Positions 49,371-59,855 are shown, counted from the stretch's first letter. The stretch: DNA of 64,000 nucleotides from Porphyridium purpureum (GCA_008690995.1 VRMN01000004.1:620001-684000); one strand, 5' to 3'. Notes: generated by a model not told the origin, from the letters alone. Numbers and translations are program-made.

Positions 49371-50600
49371 GGCTGACGGAGCGCGTGGGTGCGACCTGTA
49401 CATTCTCCATGAACTGTACTCAAGGAGGTAGAGTGAAATGATAAACCGATAAACCGAATCTGACGTTATGGAGCATGAATGCATGCTGACGAAGGGGCAA
49501 GGGAGGAGGAGCATGGAGGACGCCGGTATTCCTACGCTCAAGGAAGTCTATGCACTGCTCTCCGATGAGCATGCATGCATACAGTTCCTTATGAGTATCG
49601 GTGTGCTTGCGGCAAAAGTGCGTTGTCCTGCGGTGGGTTGCTCGGCGGAGATGCGCGAGATTCAGGTAAAGTGTGCATTCAGGTGCAAGAGAAAGGCTTG
49701 CCAGCAGTTTGTATCACTTCGATCTACAAATTCGTTCTTCTCTGCCCATAAAAATCTTGCTTTTCACGATGTCTTGTTTTGTGTTTTTCTTTGGCTCCAC
49801 TGTCTTTGTGCCACGCAGATTTCAGAGTTGACTGGACTCGCGAGGAGCTCAGTGCGCAGCATTCTCGTGCATGTACGCCAGTGCATGGTCGAGTACAATG
49901 CTATGCATGAGGCTCCCATTGGTGGCCAGGATGTTATAGTCGAAATCGACGAAAGCAAGTTTGGGAAGCGCAAGTACCATCGAGGACATCGCGTTGATGG
50001 GGTATGGGTGCTTGCCGGAGTGGAACGAACTGAAGAACGCCGTCTCTTCATGACAGTGGTGCCCAACCGGACAACGCGCACTTTAATTCCCATCATACAG
50101 CAGCGTGTGCACCCGGGCTCCATTATACATACGGATTGCTGGAAGTCGTACTTCATTTTGAAGTACCATCCGACACTCAGACACTATACCGTAAACCATG
50201 AAATGCACTTCAAGGATCCGGTTACGGGAGTGCACACGAATACAGTGGAAGGAACTTGGCGGGCCGTGAAAGCAACCATGCCTGATTCTGCTTATGATGG
50301 AAATCGTGTGAACCTTTATTTGGAGGAGTTCATATGGCGGCGTATCAACCACGGACGCGTTTGGGAAGCATTCATGCGTGTGCTTAAGTGGTGGCGCACC
50401 GAAAACCGCCAATTCAAATCGGTTTGACTCAGAGGTACAGTACGTTCCGTTGCTTGCTACAAAATAATCTAATTTTGTTGGACAGTTCCATTCTACTATA
50501 AAAGAATGTGTTCTATATATAAGCGTGATTCTATCACATTTGCGCTTTTTGATAGGATTCGAGGAGGAGGTACAGGTCGCACTCCGGCGCTCCGTCAGCC
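49371..50600 (+). mobile_element. Merlin (IS1595/ISXO2-like) DNA transposon, 1230 bp
   Basis: 31-bp TIRs starting GGCTGACGGAGCGC (3 mismatches). 9-bp TSD CGCTTCAAC at 49362-49370 and 50601-50609. Confidence 0.93.
49468..50427 (+). CDS. Merlin/IS1595-family DDE transposase
   Basis: N-terminal Zn-ribbon-like Cys cluster, VEIDESKFGKRKYHRG, IHTDCWKSY, VNH, HTNTVEGTW, YLEEFIWR. Confidence 0.93.
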   Translation: MEHECMLTKGQGRRSMEDAGIPTLKEVYALLSDEHACIQFLMSIGVLAAKVRCPAVGCSAEMREIQVKCAFRCKRKACQQFVSLRSTNSFFSAHKNLAFHDVLFCVFLWLHCLCATQISELTGLARSSVRSILVHVRQCMVEYNAMHEAPIGGQDVIVEIDESKFGKRKYHRGHRVDGVWVLAGVERTEERRLFMTVVPNRTTRTLIPIIQQRVHPGSIIHTDCWKSYFILKYHPTLRHYTVNHEMHFKDPVTGVHTNTVEGTWRAVKATMPDSAYDGNRVNLYLEEFIWRRINHGRVWEAFMRVLKWWRTENRQFKSV

Positions 50601-53503
50601 CGCTTCAACCTGCAGACCAGAACACCGTTCTTGACGAACTGCTTCATGCGCTTGTCTACGGCGGCGAGCAGCCCGGTCAGGTTTCTGTTGATCCTTACGT
50701 ACGTGTGTGGGTCGCTGTCGGGGATGCTTGCGTTGAGAAATGCCCCGGGGAAATCAATCGTGGCGACTGCGGCACCGCTTCTCGCTGCCTCGGCTGCCAG
50801 TAAGAAAATAGCCTCGGTCGCCACCGTGGGGGACGAACAGTCGGAGTACTCCGATCGATCTTGCTCGTTCCCGCCGGCCACCATTCGTGCTTTGATTTTC
50901 TCCAAGGCGCCTGAAGCATCGTGCTTCTCCTTCACGAACATGAACGACGGTATGATCCCGTCTCGTTGTTTCTTCGTGAGCGTGTGCACGTGGACCGGCT
51001 CCAGCACGTCCAGACCGTGCTTGGACAGCTGCAACAGCTCAGCGACAATCGCCTTGAGTCCTTCCATACCGTATTGGCGTATCGCCTGGCGTACGCCGAT
51101 CCTCAGCGTTTTGTGTCTGCGCTTTCCCGGCATCGCAGAAGATAGCAAGTCCTCCGCCTCTCGTTTCAGGGCGACCACGACCTCCGGCGCGCGCCGTACA
51201 CGCAGGCGTTCCTTCTCGCGGCGCGATAGCCGCTCATTCTTTTCGCGCTCGACGTCCGGGAATGTCCCTTCTGCTTTCCGCTTCCGTGTCCGACGCGGAG
51301 AGCTGACGGCGCGGGCATGCTCGGCTTCGCTCGTGCGCGGTACCGCATTTCGGACGGCGTCCGCGTACGATGGCTCCGTGGTCATCTGACTCAGCAGACG
51401 CGCCTCACGTTCCTCCAGCGCTCGCAGCTTCTCTTCAATTGCTTCCACCCGCGCTTTGGCCTGTTCCATTGTCACCTCGGCGACCGAGGGGGTCAAGGCC
51501 GCTTCGCCGTCTGAAGCGTCCGGACTGGTGATTGTGGCGTCGCCGTGCGGCCGTGCGGCAGTAGCGGGTGGATCAGTCGACGCCTCTTCCTCGGGCACAT
51601 GGGTTTCCACAGATTCTGCCACGATAAGCGGCTCCGGCAGTACTGCGTCCGTGCTTGGCAGACCCTCGCCGGTCGCTTCCGCAATCGCTGGCGTCATTGC
51701 TCGCCCCGCCTCGAAGAGTGAATCCGCTGCACGTCGCATCTCTTCCATGCGCAACTGCGTGGGAGTGGACGGTGACTCATCCTTACTCAGCACGTCGGCG
51801 CCCGCCGGTGCGGGGTGATCGGTGTCGGCGTGTGTCGGAGTCTGCGCCTGTTCACGCAGTACCGCGTCTTCTGGCTGGTCCAGATACGTGTGCCCCTCCG
51901 CCGCTGGCTCGTCGACCGGCCCGCCGTTTTTCAGCGCCGCCTCGACCTCCGCCGTCTCTTTGTCTTCCTCCTGCGAGAGTTCCACCTCCGTGCGGCCGAG
52001 GTCCTGATCGCCATCGTCGATGCCTGCCACGGTTGGGAGCGCATTTACGTACGTGATCAGGTGGTCCGGTACCGGGAGCTCTGTCCACACCTGTCTGACG
52101 ATGGGCTTCAGTGTGTTCAGATTCATGAGCACCCAGCTTCCCGCAGCATTCTCGGCGGAATGCAGGGTGAGGCAGCCCAACGTTCTGGGCCTCATCGTGC
52201 TGTCCACGGACGCTGTATGTGCCTGGACATACGCCCCGAATGGAGCACGTAGGTCCGTCTTCGCGTCTACTTTACGACCAAAGTAGATGGCGTGCGCCGG
52301 TTCGCCCGCGTCGGAGGCCTCGCTCGTCACCATGTTCAGTCTCTGTCGAGAGAACTCCACGGCTCCCGGCAGCATGCATAATGGCATGGTGTACGGCAGG
52401 TCGTACGACAATGTGCGGACCCTTTCCTTTAGAAGGCGAATCGCTCGCTCAGCGGCGGGCACCACCTCGTCTGCCGCGGTTAGCTCGGGCAGGATGCCGG
52501 CCTCCATCAACTCGATCCAGAGCGACAGGACTGCGCTTTCACGGTCGAACCGAATCTCAGGTATCTGCACTCCATGCCCGCGGGCCTCGTTCAACCGCCG
52601 CTGCACCGCCGCGCGCACCGAAGGCACGTCCTTCCGCTTCAGCTCGGTGGCCAGGATGTATTGACTCGGTTTCAAGACCGACACGAGGAAAGGCACCTTC
52701 GAGATGAACATCAGGTCGGAGTGCATCACCTGGCGCGCTTTGGGACCAGTGGCGACCGCTTCAGACAGCCTCGGTGTCGCGTGTCCCGTTGTCTTTCCCT
52801 TCACACACGGCAGTGGAGTACCCCAGATTGCATTCGCACGCTCGAGGTCCGCCGACGTGACGTCACAGTTGCTTATGTCCCCGCGCTGAAGCATGCGCTT
52901 CAGCACACCAAAGGATGGGAATCCCAGCCTCGCCTGCAGAGAGCGAGCGGCGCGTGCGCGTTCAACCTCGCGTACCGTGCATCGGGCAAGGTTGCTGGCG
53001 ACCGTCGTGATTGTGCTTGAGGTCCAAGCCTTGGCAGACGATGGACCGGCCCGGCAGCTGTTCCGGTTGTCCTTATTCGTGGCTGCCTTCTTGTATGCTG
53101 GGCCCGTCGTGTGCACGAGATCTGCACGCCGTATCATCGCAGTGTACATTCCGTGTGCATCGGGCGCGAAGACCAGCCAGCGCTTGGAGTTCGGCACGCG
53201 TACGCGGAAGCGGTTCTCATCCGCGTCGAAGCGTACATCATGCCCTTCCGCGACCAGCTTGGTCATAGACAGCACGTTGCCTGCAAGGTTCTCGTTGACG
53301 TACGCCATGCCGAAGGCCGTCTCACCGCCGTGCCCGATGGCCAGCTCGCTCGCCCGCGCGTCAATTCCGGACAGCAGCAAATACTCGTCAATTTTCTTTA
53401 CCCGATGGACTAACCCCTTATCCTTCATGACGTGAACACCCGAGCAGGTGTCGAGACCCAAAGGTATCTCGTCACCGAAGCCCGTGGGCCACGTCGCACA
53501 CCG
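50601..53503 (-). CDS. Copia pol, N-terminal part (protease, integrase, start of RT)
   Basis: Protease LDTCSG; integrase HSDLMF, RFDRE, AERAIRLLKE; RT KARMVAGG, DFPGAF, CRLKR. Same frame as gag, directly after the gag stop. Confidence 0.9.
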
Positions 53504-54613
53504 TCATGCATCGGCGTTCCTTTTCAACGCGTCAAGTGCGGCCCGCAGCTGTTGCTCCGTCGCCCCGGCCAGCACCGGCCCGCGTCCGCGCGTGTCGCGC
53601 CTCGCCATGCGCGCCTGCCTCTCCTTCGCCGCGCGCATCCTATCGGCCATTCCGCTGTCCAGCGGTCGCGCGTGGCAGTCGCGAAGGAGATGATCATCCG
53701 CGCCGCAGTTGTAGCATTCGCGTACGCGTGGTGCTGCTGCGAGCTCCACATCATCTGTGTCCTCGTCTTCTGGGTGTTCGGTGTCCGTCCGCCAAGTGCG
53801 ACCCTGTACCGGTTGTTTCGCGTACGCGAACTGCGCCATGAAAGACATTGCCTGGTCGACCGTGTCGAACCGTCGGTGCTCGTTGTTGCACTTGCGTACG
53901 GCTTCGTCCCAGCGCGTACCTTCAAGCTTTAGGATAAAGTCAGCCGCGCAGCGCTCGGAAGACGGCACTGGTTCGCCCACGGCTTCAAGGGCCATCACCG
54001 CTGCCTTGAAGCGCGTCTTGAACGAAACAAGTGATTCGTCTGCTCCAACTCTCAGTTGATCGTACGACATGCGAGCATACTGCTGGTTACGCAGCGGGTC
54101 GTCGTAGCCACGGGTCAGGTGCGCCTCGATCACGCGCTCGAGAAGCTGCAGCGGATCGTCCGATTCTCGTACGAGTTGACTCCAGCCGGGCTTTACGGCC
54201 AGCGCTTCCTTAGATGCGCGGCTCAGTTGGCCCATGATGAGTCCAAACACGCGCACGCGAGTTTCCTTGTCCTTGCGTATCGCGTCCGAGCGCGCCGCAA
54301 GCGCCAGCTTGAGCTCTTCCTTGGCGACGGTGGCGCTGTACCAATCCTCCCGTCCCGCCTCCCCGAGCCCTGGGGTTGCTTGCGGGATCGTCGGCAAGGT
54401 GGGGTACACGCGTCCTTGGCGCTCTATCGCAAACGCTGTGCCGATAGCGCCGTATTCCTTCTTGCAGTAGTTGCCGAGCTCCTCGACCCAAACTACCACC
54501 GCGGCCGGCACCACACGCGTGCTGTCGTAAGTGAGCAGCGGAAGTGTCTCTACAAGACCGGCTTCGCGTGGGTGCGGCGAACGGCCTGCGCCGCTTTGTC
54601 CGACACGTGACAT
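53504..54613 (-). CDS. Copia gag with a CCHC zinc knuckle
   Basis: 369-aa ORF just inside the 5' LTR, containing CYNCGADDHLLRDC. Confidence 0.9.
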   Translation of the reverse strand: MSRVGQSGAGRSPHPREAGLVETLPLLTYDSTRVVPAAVVVWVEELGNYCKKEYGAIGTAFAIERQGRVYPTLPTIPQATPGLGEAGREDWYSATVAKEELKLALAARSDAIRKDKETRVRVFGLIMGQLSRASKEALAVKPGWSQLVRESDDPLQLLERVIEAHLTRGYDDPLRNQQYARMSYDQLRVGADESLVSFKTRFKAAVMALEAVGEPVPSSERCAADFILKLEGTRWDEAVRKCNNEHRRFDTVDQAMSFMAQFAYAKQPVQGRTWRTDTEHPEDEDTDDVELAAAPRVRECYNCGADDHLLRDCHARPLDSGMADRMRAAKERQARMARRDTRGRGPVLAGATEQQLRAALDALKRNADA

Positions 54614-54646
54614 TCTCGTTTGTCACCGGTGTCGCAGACTCTCAGA

Positions 54647-54661
54647 TTTTCTTGGAGCGTG
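54647..54661 (-). other. Primer-binding-site position, complementary to the element's own LTR (54802-54816)
   Basis: Minus strand CACGCTCCAAGAAAA abuts the LTR end. It is the exact reverse complement of TTTTCTTGGAGCGTG inside the LTR. Confidence 0.75.
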
Positions 54662-54932
54662 AGTAGAGGAATACGTCCTCCTCGATGGCCAACGGAGTGG
54701 TGCGGCGATCGAGCTCACGCGTACGCGCTGTTCGTGTGCGCGTGAAGGGTGTGGCAGTGCCGCAGTAACCAACAAACACAGCTTTACTGGTAGTCGACGA
54801 GCACGCTCCAAGAAAACACTCCTTACCCGAAAGAGCGGGCTAGTGAGACCGTCCACGCTCTCCGGCCGCTTACAATCGCGGCGCGCTCCTCTACCCATAC
54901 TGTACACAGCCACGAGGTGTACACCCAGTGTA

Positions 54933-56280
54933 AAGTGCGTCTCAAACAAATAGGACACTGCAAAATTTGTCCATTTTCATAGTAAATTATGAAAGTTTAC
55001 TATGAAGACGTGTTTTAGAGGGGGAAACAGGATGCTCAAACAAATAGGACACTTGACAAAGAGAGACTATATGGAGCTCTAGGGACTAAAAGTTCTGGAC
55101 GTTTGCGCCCTCCTTGTTCACGCACCGGTGTAGACGTGCATTCCACCCCGTCAGAAGGCTCCGAACCTCTGCGTTCGTGATCGACGCCCAGACTTCTATG
55201 ATTTCAGCCTCCAGCTCCGAGAGAGACTCATACTGCCTGTTTCCGGCGTAAATTCGGCGCGACATAATGCTCCACACGTTCTCCACCGGATTCAGGTCTG
55301 GCGAGTACGCTGGCCAATCCATTGCATGCCATCCTTCGCGCGCAAAGAAGGACTTTGTATTCCGCGCCGCATGAGCAGGGGCATTGTCCTGCATGAATGT
55401 CCATCCTTCTGGATGGGTTTCACCGAAGATGGTCGCCACTCGAGAGGACTCCAGCATGGCCACATAGTTTTCTGAAGTGATCCTTGCTGGGGTCTTCAGG
55501 AGCGCCATCTTCCCGGCGGAAGAAATTGCCATCCAAAACATCACACTTCCGCCGCCCGTATGACGGCGGACTCGATCCGGGAGCTCTCCTGTCCGGACCC
55601 ACTGACCAGGATACCCATCAGGGCCATCTAAATTGAACTTCTTTTCATCCGTAAAGATGACTTTTCTATGCTCTTCAATTTTATTCAGATTTTGCATGGC
55701 AAATGCCACGCGACGCAGCCGATTCTCACGGGAAAGAGGCTGCCTCACGATGGCACGCCGAAAGGACAGATCATCGGCCATATTGCGCCTCACTGTCTCA
55801 CGGCTTACCGGCTTCCTTTGGGACCTGCCAGTATTGACCTGCATTGTGAGAGCCTTTAGAGGGCTCCTAGGAGCTGCTCTAAGTTTATTAAAAACACGCG
55901 TTTGAGCGGGTCCTGTGAATTTACGGGCATTCTGATTGCCGACGTAGCCTGGGGTCGCGTCGGGCTGGTCCAGAAAGCGTTTTACGGCATTTCTGGACCG
56001 ATCCGCGCGTTTGGCTATATCGGACAGCTTGAGCCCCTCCGCGCGCCATCCCCAGATGGCACGCTTCTCCGCCTCGGTCAACGCACCCGCGCGCCCCATT
56101 TCCCGCCCGAAATCGCCCTCTTCTTGTCGACTGGCCGCCGCCGGGCGCGCCAAAACGCTTGTGTCCTATTTGTTTGAGTATCCTGTTTCCCCCTCCGAAA
56201 CACGTCTTCATAGTAAAATTTCATAATTTACTATGAAAATGGACAAATTTTGCAGTGTCCTATTTGTTTGAGACGCACTT
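54933..56280 (-). mobile_element. Tc1/Tc3-like DNA transposon, 1348 bp
   Basis: 120-bp TIRs (54933-55052 and 56161-56280). TA TSD at 54931-54932 and 56281-56282. Confidence 0.95.
55086..56099 (-). CDS. DD34E transposase
   Basis: N-terminal HTH; FTDEKKFNLDGPDG, MQDNAPAH, WPAYSPDLNPVENVW. 34 residues lie between the second D and the E. Confidence 0.95.
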   Translation of the reverse strand: MGRAGALTEAEKRAIWGWRAEGLKLSDIAKRADRSRNAVKRFLDQPDATPGYVGNQNARKFTGPAQTRVFNKLRAAPRSPLKALTMQVNTGRSQRKPVSRETVRRNMADDLSFRRAIVRQPLSRENRLRRVAFAMQNLNKIEEHRKVIFTDEKKFNLDGPDGYPGQWVRTGELPDRVRRHTGGGSVMFWMAISSAGKMALLKTPARITSENYVAMLESSRVATIFGETHPEGWTFMQDNAPAHAARNTKSFFAREGWHAMDWPAYSPDLNPVENVWSIMSRRIYAGNRQYESLSELEAEIIEVWASITNAEVRSLLTGWNARLHRCVNKEGANVQNF

Positions 56281-56484
56281 TACACTACACCACTCATGTG
56301 CATCACTGTACACGCCGTACACACTGTACTTAACGCTGTCACTGTACCTGTGAAATTGATTGACGGCGCGCCGTTTTCGTGAAGTGTACCTCCGTGCATG
56401 GACTTTCTATAAGAAGGCGCTGAGAGGCGGTGCGAGGAAGGTGAGACGTCTGGCAATTGGAATAGCGATAGATGGAGAGTTGTC

Positions 56485-57597
56485 ATGATGGTGCGGTTGG
56501 TGCTGGCTGTGTGGGTTGCGCTGGTTGCTGGGCTGTACGGACGCGCCGTATGTGCGCAGAAGGATGCAGGCACTGCGGTTCCTGCGGTGGTGGCGGTGTC
56601 TGACGCAGTCGGGAACGGCTATGGCTTTGGTGCCGGACCGGCCGCGGCCCAGTCGGAAGAGGCGCTGAGCGTGATGCGCGAGGTGCAAAGTGCCGAGGCA
56701 GAGGCCGTGCGCGAAGTTCGGCAGGAGGGCGAGCGTAACGAGCTCGAGCTCGCTGCTCATGAGCTGTACGACGACGAGCCGCGCATTCGGTCCATGAATG
56801 ACCTCCTGAATTGGGCGCTCAGCCACAATAGCCCGCCGCGCGAGTTGGAGGCAGATGCTGCCTTACACGAGCATGGGCATGAACACTTGCGCACAAACGC
56901 GACCGGAGCCGCATACCAAGCAAGCCCGTCGAAAGTTGAGGCGTTCTACGAAGCGCTGGATAGCCTCGAGTCGGAGACGCAGATTATGAAGGAGGCGATT
57001 CGGACACTTAGAGACGCCCCGGAGAAGGACGCTCTGGTCACGCTGGACGTATTGGAGGACCTATGTCATCAAATTGACAACGCTGTCTTTCTTTCATCCA
57101 CCGGTGGCTTCAGAACACTCCAGAGCTACTTGCAGCGCCCAGAATCGGAAAAGCTGAGCGCAAGTGTTGCGCTGACGCTTGCCTCCTGCGCGCAGAACAA
57201 TCCGCAAGTCATTACAGAGCTCGTGGACCTCGACGTGCTTTCGGACCTGGTTACGCTTCTTTTGCGCGGTACGCTGCAAGTCAAGGCCCGCATGCTCTTG
57301 CTGTGCGCCGCCATCCTGGACTTCCCTTATGCTCACGAGCAGGTTCCACACACGGTGCGCAGGCTCATTCCCATGTCGATACAGCTCGTTGAGACGTTTG
57401 GCGCACGCAGCAATGATATCGCCGCCGAGCGCGTCGTGCGGCGAAGCCTGGACGTCGTGCGCTTGATTCTCCAGCATCAGCCCGAGATGCAGCTTGAGAG
57501 CCGCGATCAGGGTGTTGTAAAAGAATTGCTTACTTTGTCCACAAGCAAGGCCGTGCAGGAGAGCGCAGCGGAGCTAGCGCTTATTTTTGCACAATAG
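56485..57597 (+). CDS. Hsp70 nucleotide-exchange factor, Fes1/SIL1 type, with a signal peptide
   Basis: Signal peptide, MNDLLNWAL, LDVLEDLCHQIDNA..L...GG, LASCAQNNPQV. Confidence 0.85.
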   Translation: MMVRLVLAVWVALVAGLYGRAVCAQKDAGTAVPAVVAVSDAVGNGYGFGAGPAAAQSEEALSVMREVQSAEAEAVREVRQEGERNELELAAHELYDDEPRIRSMNDLLNWALSHNSPPRELEADAALHEHGHEHLRTNATGAAYQASPSKVEAFYEALDSLESETQIMKEAIRTLRDAPEKDALVTLDVLEDLCHQIDNAVFLSSTGGFRTLQSYLQRPESEKLSASVALTLASCAQNNPQVITELVDLDVLSDLVTLLLRGTLQVKARMLLLCAAILDFPYAHEQVPHTVRRLIPMSIQLVETFGARSNDIAAERVVRRSLDVVRLILQHQPEMQLESRDQGVVKELLTLSTSKAVQESAAELALIFAQ

Positions 57598-57670
57598 GGG
57601 GAGACTGAACTCAACATGTTGTCACAAGAAATGCACATAAAGGAAGTTTACAAGGCTCCGACCGATTACC

Positions 57671-59770
57671 TTATCCCTGCTTGGCCATGCTTGTTTGCGC
57701 AGCCTCATCACCGCTATTCGATGTTGCGGAAACAGCGGCATCGCCACTCGCCGCTTCGGCCATCGTGGCAGCACCGTCACTCTCAGCTTTTGCGCCTACG
57801 ACAGCATCGCTTGCTTCCGCTTCCGCTGCTACGGCAGCATCACTTGCCTCAGCCTTGGCTGCTGCTGCGGCATCGCCAGCCTCGGCCTCGGCTGCTGCAG
57901 CGGTATCGCTTGCCTCAGCCTCGGCAGCTGCGACTGGATCACTGGTCTCAGCTTGAGTGGCAGATTCAGAATCTTTACCCTCTGCCTGGGAAGAATTGAC
58001 AGAGCTCCCATCCCCTGCTTTCTCCGAGGTCCCAGCAGTCTCGCCGCTATCCGCGCCAGCGACAGCCTCACCGGACTCGCCGCTTCCCGCTACGGGGCCG
58101 GTACCAGAGAGACCATGAATCATCTCTTCAACCGCACCTTCGGCTTGCTCTTCTCGCACTGACTGCACAGCAACTTCAGCAGCATTGCCAGTCATGTTGC
58201 CAGATGCTGTGTCGGTCTTGGCACTCGTTTCCGCGTCAGTCTTGGCACTCGTCTCCGTGTCAGTCTTGGCACTCGGTTGCGTGCCACTCATGTCTGGTGT
58301 CATGAGAGCAGTGGCTTCAGCTGACGCAGCCGCAGAGTCCTCTCCGGCAAGGCTTGTTTTGCTGTTGTCATCGCCGAATGCGCGACGAAACATGCCTCTT
58401 GCCAGACTTGTGCTCGAACCTCTTTCATTCATCATTCTCATCACTTCCTTTGCTCGTGCTCGATCGTCCATGTTGCAATATAATTCGAGAAGGCGGTGTG
58501 CCTCCTCCTGACGAATAGTATACTTCATGGTTCGGTCAGAAAGCACGATTGCAATTGGATAGAGCTCTGGCCGGTCCAAAAGAGCCGACAAAATGTCTCC
58601 CAGGTGAAGAAAGTGGGGCTGCACATCCTTGCGCGCCAAACTCTTCATGAACTCGATTGCGGCCTCTTTTCTGCCCGTGCGGGCCGCCACCAGAAGGCCT
58701 TGTGTGTACAACTCTCGCACCATTTCTTTGTCTGTTTTCACTTCCTCGAACGCGAGAAGCTCGTCAATGTATTTGCATGCCTCGTCGTAATGTGAGCCTG
58801 CAACGACTAAATCAAGAACGCAACGGCGGTGCGCCATGGTCCTCTCCGATTCGGGAATATCGTCATAGATACGGATACCACCGCTCCAGTTTTCCCGCAG
58901 TTTCTCACATTCGATCAAATAAGGTGCAAAGGAATGGCCCGGATCAATCTTGTCCTCAACCATCGCGTCCCACAATGGTTTTACCCGGCCCTGGTGGTCG
59001 AGCGATCGGCAAGCGCCCTGAATGAGAATTTCGTACGTTTTCAGGTCGCGCGGTACACCAAGCATACGCATCTTCTGGTACAGGCTGAACGCGCCGTTGA
59101 CGTCGTCCACTTGAACATGCTGTCCCATGAGAAGGTTGTACGAGGTGGTGTCAAGTTGCACACCATACATCAATGCCTGGTCGATGACAAAGCGCATGTC
59201 GAAAGCGGTTCTGGCCATGTCCGTATCCCCGGTGGTGTTCTTTCTCACGGCATACTGCAATAACTCATTGAACACGCGCACATCAGGCATGATTCCAAGC
59301 GCCAGGCCACTCAAGTACACCTGTCTGGCGCAGGCAAACCTTGACTGATCCACGTATTGCTTAGGAAGAGTCTGCAGTTCCTCGATCAGCGTATTTACGG
59401 AAAGCACTGGCGAAGTAAGAGAGGTGCCCAATGCGTATTCGCGAAATCTTTGCTCTACCTTTTCATGGTCTCTAAAATGATAATCGACGAAGTACTGTGA
59501 GCCTTCGGACCCATTCACACGATCAGTCGCCAGCCCGCGCACGAGCATGCTTGATCCTCGTATGTCATCCACCGCAAACTCTCGTAAGTACGGCATTATC
59601 CGACGGAACCCGCATCTCCAGAAGGTGCCGCTTGTTCTCGCGACACCGGCGAATGATCTGTGCGCGCGGCGCCCACCCATCAACTCCTTCAGCAAGGACA
59701 CATGCCGCGCATTCCCCGCCGCAATCCGGCCCACTCGCGGTCCTCGCCGCCCCCAAACTGCTGACCACAT
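57671..59770 (-). CDS. Pentatricopeptide-repeat protein with a mitochondrial-type leader and an Ala/Glu-rich repetitive tail
   Basis: PPR-like motifs PDVRVFNELL, LDTTSYNLLM...AFSLYQKMR.LGVPRDLKTYEILIQGAC. Arg-rich leader from ATG 59770. Confidence 0.8.
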   Translation of the reverse strand: MWSAVWGRRGPRVGRIAAGNARHVSLLKELMGGRRAHRSFAGVARTSGTFWRCGFRRIMPYLREFAVDDIRGSSMLVRGLATDRVNGSEGSQYFVDYHFRDHEKVEQRFREYALGTSLTSPVLSVNTLIEELQTLPKQYVDQSRFACARQVYLSGLALGIMPDVRVFNELLQYAVRKNTTGDTDMARTAFDMRFVIDQALMYGVQLDTTSYNLLMGQHVQVDDVNGAFSLYQKMRMLGVPRDLKTYEILIQGACRSLDHQGRVKPLWDAMVEDKIDPGHSFAPYLIECEKLRENWSGGIRIYDDIPESERTMAHRRCVLDLVVAGSHYDEACKYIDELLAFEEVKTDKEMVRELYTQGLLVAARTGRKEAAIEFMKSLARKDVQPHFLHLGDILSALLDRPELYPIAIVLSDRTMKYTIRQEEAHRLLELYCNMDDRARAKEVMRMMNERGSSTSLARGMFRRAFGDDNSKTSLAGEDSAAASAEATALMTPDMSGTQPSAKTDTETSAKTDAETSAKTDTASGNMTGNAAEVAVQSVREEQAEGAVEEMIHGLSGTGPVAGSGESGEAVAGADSGETAGTSEKAGDGSSVNSSQAEGKDSESATQAETSDPVAAAEAEASDTAAAAEAEAGDAAAAAKAEASDAAVAAEAEASDAVVGAKAESDGAATMAEAASGDAAVSATSNSGDEAAQTSMAKQG

Positions 59771-59855
59771 CCTCCTCCTTCCCGCACGTGTCGCGGCTTT
59801 TCCTTTCCCACGTCCCTCAACTTCCCCGCGCGCGACACGCGCCGCGCCGGCTTCG

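Larger units (their letters stand above)
47842..56289 (-). mobile_element. Full-length Ty1/Copia LTR retrotransposon interrupted by two DNA transposons
   Basis: 278-bp LTRs. 5-bp TSD CCACT at 47837-47841 and 56290-56294. Domain order gag-PR-IN-RT-RH. Purine-rich tract before the 3' LTR. Confidence 0.95.
54662..56289 (-). repeat. 5' LTR, split by the Tc1 insertion (54662-54932 plus 56283-56289)
   Basis: Removing 54933-56282 restores a 278-bp LTR matching 47842-48119. Confidence 0.93.

Noticed and set aside
57740..57935. Repeated units of about 30 bp resembling an array
   Set aside because: In-frame coding repeats (AEASDAAVAA-like) of the PPR tail with no spacers; not CRISPR.
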